NCBI RefSeq assembly: GCF_009914755.1
Contig: NC_060933.1
Direction: 5' to 3' (one strand)
DNA length: 64,000 bases
From: the human T2T-CHM13v2.0 reference genome, Homo sapiens
Shown: positions 55,438-64,000 of the stretch, piece by piece
How the letters are laid out: the number at the start of each line of letters is the position of its first letter
Position numbering within the stretch: position 1 is the stretch's first letter
Notes under the pieces: generated by a model
Told to the model about the DNA's origin: nothing
Databases searched by the model: none
What the model saw: the letters and a program-made list of their open reading frames with translations, nothing else
Position numbers and translations under genes: made by a program

Positions 55438-56000
55438 CTCTAAGGCAACCAAGGCAGAGCTGAGGACCTGTGCCAGGCTGGGAGCCAGTCCCCTCCCTAA
55501 ATGGGCCTGAGGAAAGCACCATCCCTGTCCCAATGCGCCCCAAGTTTTAGCCCAGGAGACACAAAGGGAAGGGAGGACGGAGCCTCTCTGCTGGCTGACA
55601 CTTGAAAAGCGGGACCTGGGAGTAGAGGGAGCGCAGGGCTGGCAGGGATGCTCCAGGCCCATGGAGAGCTTGGGCTGCACCAAGGGGCTGCCCCTCCTGG
55701 GCTGGAGGCTGTGCCCTCTGCAGGATCTGAGAAAGTCCAGTCCTGAGATGGGACAGTGCTGCCAAGGGTGGGTGGCTAGGCCTGACAGCAGTCCCCCAGG
55801 GAGTGACCACATCACCCGACCAGGGTCCAGAGAGCCTGGACCGAGACCTGCCCAGTGCACACTGAGAGTGCACCTGGAGCCCACCCCACCTGACGCCCCC
55901 ACAGCCCTCACAGGGTCCGACCTCCCAGCATGCACCTGCCTCTCCCTGCACCCCTACTGCCCACCCTGCCTGTTCCCTGGCTTCCTCCATCCTGTGCAGC
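55030..56000. repeat. Local inverted repeat with ~280-bp arms (55030-55307 / 55721-56000)
   Basis: gggtgcagggagaggcaggtgcatgctgggaggtc.gaccctg.gagggctgtgggggc.tcaggtggggtgggctccaggtgcac occurs on both strands; ORFs 54993(+) and 55435(-) share HAGRSDP.RAVGASGGVGSRCTL. Confidence 0.95.
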
Positions 56001-56204
56001 CCATAGACTGTGACCATCTCTCTAGCCACTCTGGCCCTTCCTTTACCTTTGTTCTTTCAGAATCTCTGAGCAAGATCTCCCAGGTCCATCCAAACACCTG
56101 CTTTGTCCACTTTTGACTGGGCCACTGGACACCACTGGGCCATCCCAGCTGTCCATAGGGCCCCTGATAACATGCATTTCCCCTGACACCTCCCAGCAGT
56201 GCTC

Positions 56205-57072
56205 AGCAGCCCCACTGACCAGGTCCCTGCTGACCAGATCCCGCACATCAGGTCCTCCCTGACCACACTCTCACTGATTAGGCCCCCATCACCAGGCCCC
56301 ACTAACTAGATTCCCGCTGCCAGGCCCACAGTGTCCAGGACCCCACTGACAAGGACCTCACTGACAAGGCCTCACTGACCAGGGCCTTACTGACAAGGCC
56401 TCCCTGACCACATTCCACCAATCATGACCCCATTGCCTGGCCCCACAGATGAAGCCCCACTGACCAGGTCTCCAGGGAACAGGCTGCCAGTGACCAGGTC
56501 CCTACTAACCAGGCCTGCGGTGACCAGATGCCCCGACCAGGAACCTAGTGACTAGGCACCACTGAACAGGCATGTACCGCTCAGACCCCCGTTGACCAGG
56601 TCACCCCATAGACCAGTGCTACAAAAGCCACCACTGATCAAGTCCTCTCTGACCAGGCCCCCACTGATTAGGTTCCACTGACCTGACCAGGCTGCCATGA
56701 CCAGGGTCCCACTGACAAGGGTCTCACTGATGAGGACATGCCCTGCTGACTAGGTGCCATGTGACCAGGCCTCCACTGAATAGCACCCCTTGACCGGGTC
56801 ACCAGTGACCCAGCCCATTCTGACAAGGCTACCACTAAGCCACAGCTGACCAGGTCTCCACTCACCAAGCCCTGCAGCCCAGGTTTGCACTGACCAGACA
56901 CCAAACATTTGTCTGCCACTAGGTCCCCACTCACCAAGACCTGCACTACTCGATCCCTCTAATGAGACCCTCTCTAAGCAGACCCTGGCTGACCATTCCC
57001 CCAGTAAATAGGCCTCACTGACCAAGTCCCAACTGACTAGTTCACTGACCAGGCCCACACTGACCAGGCCCT
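56205..57072. repeat. Degenerate GC-rich minisatellite, core CCCCACTGACCAGG (~17-19 bp period)
   Basis: Repeated cactgaccagg / ctgacaaggc variants throughout. Confidence 0.9.
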
Positions 57073-57079
57073 TCCTAAT

Positions 57080-60000
57080 CATACCAGAAGGCCAAGTGGC
57101 AATGAGATGTTTCATATGGCAGGGGTAGGAGCAAGACAGAGAGAGGAAAGAGGTACCACACCCTGTTAGACAACCAGATCACATGAGGTCTCACTATCAG
57201 GAGATCAGCATCAAGAAGATCCTGCACCCACACCACCACCCACTGTTTCCAGGCAGAAGCCTCCTGCAGAGGCCAAGCCTCTTGAGAAACTTCCACTATG
57301 GCAGTGCAGAAGGAAAATATGGGCTTGGAGCCCCCAAAAAGGAGGCCACCATCCTCCAGATCCCGGATTCATAGGCCCACCAACAGCTCACACCCTCAGT
57401 ATGGAAAAGCTACAGGCACTCAACACCAGCCCAGCCCATGAGAGCAGCCATGGGGCTAAAGCCTGCAAAGCCACAGGTGCACTGCCCTAGTAGAGGTTTT
57501 CCATGAGCCTCTGCCTCTGCAGAAGGCTACTCCCCCTTCCTACTACCCCCTATCCTCCTACCACCCTACTGACAACCTACTCCTCCCCACCCTACCCCTC
57601 CTTTTCCTACCACCCCGAACCCCCTCCCATTCAAGATTAAATCGCCTACCACCAGGCCCCAAAATTAAGGATTACAATTCCATATGAGTTTTATATGGAC
57701 ACACAGTCAATCCATATTATTTGACCCAGATACCCCAGAACCTCATGTCCTTCTCACACAGCAAAACACAGTCATGCATGTTCAAAAGTTTCCAAAATTC
57801 TTAACTCATTCCAAATATAAAAAATTCAAAGTCTCATCTGAGACAAGGCTACAGTCCCTTCGGCCTATCAGTCCCTGAGTTCAAAAGGCATTTCTTTTCT
57901 TTCAAGATACAATGATAGTACCAGCATTAAGTAAGGTTTCTCAATCCAAAGGGAAGAAATTCCCCAGAAAAATGACAAAAATGTCAGTCCAAACCCCAGC
58001 AGGACAATATTCACTCAATCTTTAAGCTCCATAATCATCAAGAGAACTCACTATCACGCAGACAGTATTAAGGAGATAGTGTTTCACCAGTTGTGAAGAA
58101 TCCGTCCCCCCTCATTTTTCACCCCCACCCACAAAATAATCTCTCCTATTCTCCCCACTCCCCCACCTCCAACGCCCACTCTTCTCCATGATTAAATCAT
58201 CTCCCACCAGGCCCCACCTTTAACATTCCCCATTACAATTTCACGAGAGTATTGGTAGTGACACAGGGCCAAATCATATTATTCTCACCCAGGTCCCCCC
58301 ACATCTCATATCGTTGTCACACTGCAAAATACAATGATGCCTTCTCTACAGTCCCCCAAAGTCTTAACTCATTCCAGCATTTACTGAAATGTCCAAAGCC
58401 CAGTCTCATCTGAGACAACGCTGCCATCCCTTCTGCTCGAGCCTCTGAAATACAAAGCAAGTTAACTACTTCCAAGGTACAATGATTGTAGAGACATTGG
58501 GTAAGCATTCCCAGCCAAAAGGAAGAAACTTGTCAGAGGGAAGCACAAAACACAGATGGGACTTGCAGACCCCATGCAAGTCAAAAACCCAGCAGGAAAG
58601 TCATTCCATCCTACAGCTCCAAATCATCTTTCCTGAAAGGATCTACATCCCACATCTAGAGCACAAGAGTGGATGGCGGGGCTCCCAAGGCCTTGGGCAG
58701 CTCAGCTTCTGTGGCTGTGCAGGGTCTTTCCCCACAGCTGCCCTCGTGGGCTGGGCTGGTGGTCAGTGCCTGTGGCTTTCCCACACTGAGGGTGCAAGCA
58801 GTTGGTGGGTCTATGAATCTGGGGTCTGGAAAATGGTTCCTCCCTGTATGGGGGCATCAACCCTGTATGTTCCTTCTGCACTGCCCTAGTAAAGGTTTCC
58901 CATGAGGCTCTGCCTCTTGGAAAAGCTTCTGCCCAGCTGGACACTGAGGTTTTTCCTTACATACTCTTGAGTCTAGACAAAGGCTCCCAAGCCTGTGCAC
59001 CTGCTGGCTTAACACTATGTGGAAGCCACCAAGGCTTGCAGCTTGCACCCTCTGAAGCAGTGACCCAAGCTGTACCTGTGCATCTTTCAGCCATGGCTGG
59101 AGCTGGAGCTGGAGCTGCAGGGATGCAGGCGGCACTGTCCTGAGGATGGACACAGCAGCGCGATCATGGGACTGACCCAGGAAACCATTCTTTGGTCCTA
59201 GAACTCAGGGCCTTTGACAGCAAGCTCTGCTGCAAAGGTCTCTGAAATGCCTTCAAGGCCTTTTTAACATTGTCTTAGCTATTAGCACTGGGCTCCATTT
59301 TATGCACATTTCTGAAGCCTTCTTGAATTTTCCCACTAAAAATCAGCTTTTCTTTTTGACCTCTTGGGCAGGCTGCAAATCAAACTTCAAAGCTCTGCTT
59401 CTCATTTAAATATAAGTTTCAACTTGAGGTCATTTATTTGGTCACACAGAACACCACAGGCTGTTCAATACAGACAAGATACCTCTTGAGTTTTGCTGCC
59501 TAGAAGTTCATTTCACCAGATATACCCTAAATCATCACCCTCAAGTTCAAAGTTTCACAGGTCACCAGGTCAGGAGCACCATCCAGCCAAGTTCTTTGCT
59601 AAGGCAAAAGAAAAGTTACCTTGGCTTCTGCTCTCAGTAAGTTGTTCATTTTCATCTGAGACCTTCTAAGCCTGGCCTTCACTATCCATCCTTCAGTCAC
59701 CCTTTTAATTATAACTATTTAACACGTCTCTACAATAGTCAAAACTTTCATTCATCTTTCTGTCTTCTTCCAAGCCCTCCAAACTGTGCAGCCTCTGGTC
59801 GTTACCCAGCTTCTGAACCTGCTTCTGAACTTGCTTCTACACTTTCAGCTATCGTTGTGACAGCCTGGCAGTGTGGTAAAAGAAAAAAAGTCCATTTTCA
59901 GGGGGAAAATTCAAGAAGGCTTCAGATATTTGCATATAAAAGAAGCCAAATGTTAATAGTAAAAAATCAGGAAAAAAACCTTGAGGGCATTTCATAGCTC

Positions 60001-63000
60001 CACTCTACAGTACAAATTTTCTGTAGTATTATTTTAAAAAGAGGTTTAATTGGCTCATGGTTCTGCAGGCTGTAAAGGGAACATAGTGGCTTCTGCTTCT
60101 GGGAGGACTCAGGAAGTCTCCTACCATACCAGAAGGCCAAGCGACAATGAGATGTTCCATATGGCAGGTGTAGGAGGAAGACAGAGAGAGGAAAGAGGTG
60201 CCACACTTGTTATACAACCAGATCTCATGAGAACTCAGTATCAGGAGATCAGCATCAAGAAGATTAACCATTGGTGAAGGATCCACCCACACCACCCCCC
60301 ACTGTTTCCACGTAGAAGCCTCCTGCAGAGGCAGAGCCTCTTGGAGAACCTCTACCAGGGCAGTGCAGAAGGAAAATGTAGGCTTGGAGCCCACATACAG
60401 GAGGCCACCATCCTCCAGACTGCAGATTCATAGACCCACCAACAGCTTGCACTCTCAGAGCAGAAAAGCTACAGGCACTCCACACGAGCCCAGCCCATGA
60501 CAGCAGCCATGGGGGCTACACCCTGCAAAGCCACAGGTGCCCTGCCCTAGTAGAGACTTTCCATGAGCCTCTGCTTCTGAAGCAGGTTACTCCCCCCTCC
60601 TAGTACCCACCACCTTACTAACAACCTACTCCTCACCCTACCCACCCCTTTCCTTCCATCCCCGGTCCCCCTCCCATCCATGATTAAATCACCTCCAGCC
60701 AGGTCCCACCTCCAACATTAAGGATTACAATTCACATCAGTTTTGGTAAAGAAACACAGCCAAATCATATTATTCTGACCTGATACCCTGCAGTCTCTTG
60801 TCCTTCTCACAGAGCAAAATATATTCATGCCTTTTCAAAATTTTCCAAAAGTCTTAACTCATTCCAACAATAACTCAAATGTAAAAAATTCAACATCTCA
60901 TCTGAGACAAGTCTACAGTACCTTTTGCCTATGAGTCCCTGAATTTAAAAGGATGTTCTTTCTTTCAAGGTACAATAATGGTACAGGCATTGGGTAAGCT
61001 TTTTCAATCCAAAGGGCAGAAATTTCCCAGGAAAATAACACAAATGGGACCACAGGCCCAATGCAAGTCCAAAACCCAGGAGGCCAGTATCCATTTAATT
61101 TTACAGTTCTAAAATCATGAAAAGAACTCACCGTCACAAGGACAGCAATAAGGAGATAGTGTTTAATGATTTGTGAAGGATCTGACCCCCCACCCCAATT
61201 TTCACCCCTCACCCCCACCATAATTCCCCCATTTTCCCTACACCCCCATCTTCCAACCCCCACTCTGCACCGTGATTAAATCATCTTCCACCAGGCCCCA
61301 CCTTTAACATTCCAATTACAATCCCACATGAGTTTTGGTAGGGACACAGCGCTGAATTTTATTATTCTTTCCCTCACTCCCCAAATCTCATGTCCTTCTC
61401 ACATTGCAAAATACAATGATGCCTTCCCTAAAGTCCCATAAAATCTTATATCATTCCAGCATTTATACAAATGTCCAAAGCCTAAAGTCTCATCTGACAC
61501 AAGGCTACAGTCCCTTAGGCCCATGAGCCTCTGAAATATAAAGCAAGTTAACTACTTCCAAGGTACAATGCTTGTACAGGCATTGGGTAAGCATTCCCAG
61601 CCAAAAGGAAGAATTTTGCCAGAAAAAAAACAAAACACAGATAGGACTTACTGGCCCCATGAAACTCCAAACCCAGAAGGCCAGTCATTCAATCCTACAG
61701 CTCCAAAATCACCCTTTTTGAAACCCTGTCCCACATCCAGGACACAGGGGTGTGAGGGCTGGGCTCCCAAGGCCTCGGGCAGCTTGGCACCTGTGGCTTT
61801 GCAGGGTATATGCCCCAAGGGTGCCCTCATGGGCTGGGCTGGTGATGAGTGCCTGTGACTTTTCCACATTGAGGAAACAAGTTTTGGGGGGGGGGGTCTA
61901 TGAATCTGGGGTCTGCATGATGGTGGTCTCCAGTGTGGGAGTTCCAACCCCATATTTTCCTTCTGCACTGCCCTAGTAGAAGTTTCATATAAGGCTCTGC
62001 CTTTTTGGGATGTTTTGCCTGGACACCCAGGAATTTCCATACATCTTCCAAAATCTATAGAGAGGTTTCCAAGCCTCTAGTCTCACACTCCGTCCACCAG
62101 TGGCTTAACATTATGAGGATGTTACCAAGGCTTCTAGCCTGCATCCTCTGAAGCAGTGACCTGAGCTGTACCTGTGCATCTTTCAGCCATGGCTGGAGCT
62201 TGAGCTGCAGGGATGCAGGCAGCAGTGTTCTGAGGCTGCACATAGAGGAGGCTCATGGAACTGGCCAAGGAAACCATGCTTCTCTCCTAGGCCCCAGGGC
62301 CCACAATAGCAAGGGCTGCTGCAAAGGTCTCTGAAATGCCTTCAAGGCCTTTTTCCCTATTATCTTGTCTATTAGCACCGGGCTCCTTTTCATGCAAGTT
62401 TCTGAAGCCTTCCTCAATTTTCCCCCTGAAAATCAGCTTTTCTTTTTGACCACTTGGCCAGGCTCCAAATTTTCCTAAATTTGAGTTCTGAGAGACGGGA
62501 CTCATTTAATGTAAGTCCCATCCAGAGGTCATTTCCTCCATCACACATAAGAGCACAGGCTGTTCCATGGGGACAGGACACCTCTTGAGATTTGCTGCCC
62601 AGTTCATTCCACCAGATACTCAGTAAGTCATCACCCTCAAGTTCAGTTTCACAGATCTCCAGGGCAGGGTCACCGTGCAGCCACATTCTTTGTTAAGGCA
62701 AAACAAAAGTCACTTTGGCTTCTGTTCCCAGTAAGTTCCTCATTTTCATTTGAGACCTTCTAAGTCTGGCTTTCACTCACCATTTTCCTGTGAGCCTTCT
62801 GGTCACAAGTATGTAACAATTCTTTACAAAGATCCAAACTTTCCCTCAACTTCTTGTCTGCAAAGCCCTCCAAACTCTCTGAACTCTGTCTGCTACCCCC
62901 TTCTGAACCTGCTTCTACATTATCAGCTATCTTTGCTGCAGCCTGACAATGTAGTAAGGGAAGACAAGTCCATTTTCAGGGGGAAAATTCAAGAAGGGTT

Positions 63001-64000
63001 CAGAGACTTCAATGAAAAGAAGCTGAGTGCTCACTCCCAAGACAATAGGGAAAAGGCCTTGAAGACATTTAATAGACCCACTTTGCAGTACTAATTTTCT
63101 CTATGATCATAAAGAAGAGGTTTACTTGGCTCATGATTCTGCAGGCTATAAGGAAGTATAGTGGCTTCTACATCTAAGAGGAATCAGGAAGCCTCCCAGT
63201 CATACCAGAATGTCAAGGGGCAATGAGATGATTCATGTGGCAGGAGGAGGAGCAAGACAGGGAGAGGAGAGAGGTCCCACACCCGATTATACAACCAGAT
63301 CTCATGAGAACTCACTATCACAAGGTCAGCATCACAAAGATGGTGCTTAACCACTGGTGAAGGATTCGCCCCCTACCCCCAACTCCCACTATTTCCAGGC
63401 AGAAGCCTGAGGCAGAGGCAGAGCCTCTTGGAAAACTCTACTAGGGAAGTGTGGAAGGGAAATATGGGCTTGGAGCACCCACACAGATGGCCACCAACCT
63501 CCAGACCCCAGATTCATAGACCCACCAACAGCTCACACCTTGTGTGGAAAAGCTACAGGCACTCAACACCAGCCCAGCCCATGAGAGCTGCGGCAGGGGC
63601 TAAACCCTGCAAAGCCACAGGTGCATTGCCCTAGTAGAGGGTTTCCCATGAGCCTCTGCCTCTGCAGCAGGCTGCTCCCCCTTCCTCCCACCCACCACCC
63701 TCCCACCACCCTACTGCCAGCCTACTCCTCCCCACCCTAACCAACCCTTTTCCTTCCACCCCAACCCCTTCCAGTCCATGATTAAATCATCTCCCCCAGG
63801 CCCCAACTTCAACATTTGGAATTAAAATTCCACATGAATTTTTATAGGGACACACAGCCAAACCATATTATTCTGACCCTGCTATCCCAGAATCTCATGT
63901 CCTTATCACAGAGTAAAATACAATCATGCCTTTTCAAAAGTTCCAACAGCCTTAACTCATTCCAAATGTAAAAAGTTCAAAGTCTCACCTGAGACAAGGC
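57080..64000 (-). repeat. Tandem array (~3.05 kb unit, at least 2.3 copies) of rearranged MaLR MST LTR plus internal sequence
   Basis: The landmark cataccagaa.g.caag..gcaatgagatg recurs at 57080, 60125 and 63201. Units contain MST LTR pieces (ggtttaattggctcatggttctgcaggctgta, accagatctcatgagaactcactatc) and MaLR-internal sequence (ctctgaagcagtgacc..agctgtacct, aaagtctcatctgagacaagg). Confidence 0.9.

Noticed and set aside
56205-57072. CRISPR-like repeat-spacer array
   Set aside because: Primate context, degenerate short units with no unique spacers, and no cas genes.
57075-63634. Recurrent ORFs in the terminal array as a tandem gene family
   Set aside because: They are alternative-frame reads of MaLR sequence, and their lengths and frames differ between units.

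Overview
This is primate, almost certainly human, genomic DNA from a repeat-rich segmental-duplication mosaic. No intact protein-coding gene is visible, and nearly all entries in the ORF track are repeat-derived or chance ORFs. Recognisable gene-derived content: (i) a full-length processed CNN2 pseudogene (31514-33684, +) with target-site duplications (TSDs), plus a partial second copy (18682-20108, -) inside a ~3.3 kb inverted duplication (16798-20108 / 32233-35565); (ii) a processed GXYLT1 pseudogene (CDS 28837-30029, -) lacking the internal CKDFS...AAFR segment; (iii) a ZNF114-like C2H2 pseudogene fragment (~44860-46050, +); (iv) a minus-strand unprocessed chimera of five degenerate TBC1D3/TBC1D26/USP6-type Rab-GAP exons (53224-55437) placed directly upstream of three CYP4F exons (52156-53138); (v) a CCCCACTGACCAGG minisatellite followed by a ~3.05 kb-period tandem array built from scrambled MaLR (MST) LTR/internal sequence. 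The order GXYLT1P-CNN2P-ZNF114P-CYP4F pseudogene matches, from memory, the ANKRD20A-associated pericentromeric duplicon family; which paralogous copy this is cannot be determined here. The rest is L1, Alu, MaLR/ERV LTRs (including a HERV-K LTR5 solo LTR), Tigger3, MER30, MIR and L2. The most interesting observation is the TBC-CYP4F exon-shuffled chimera. Identifications rely on recalled sequences and hand alignment, not database searches.
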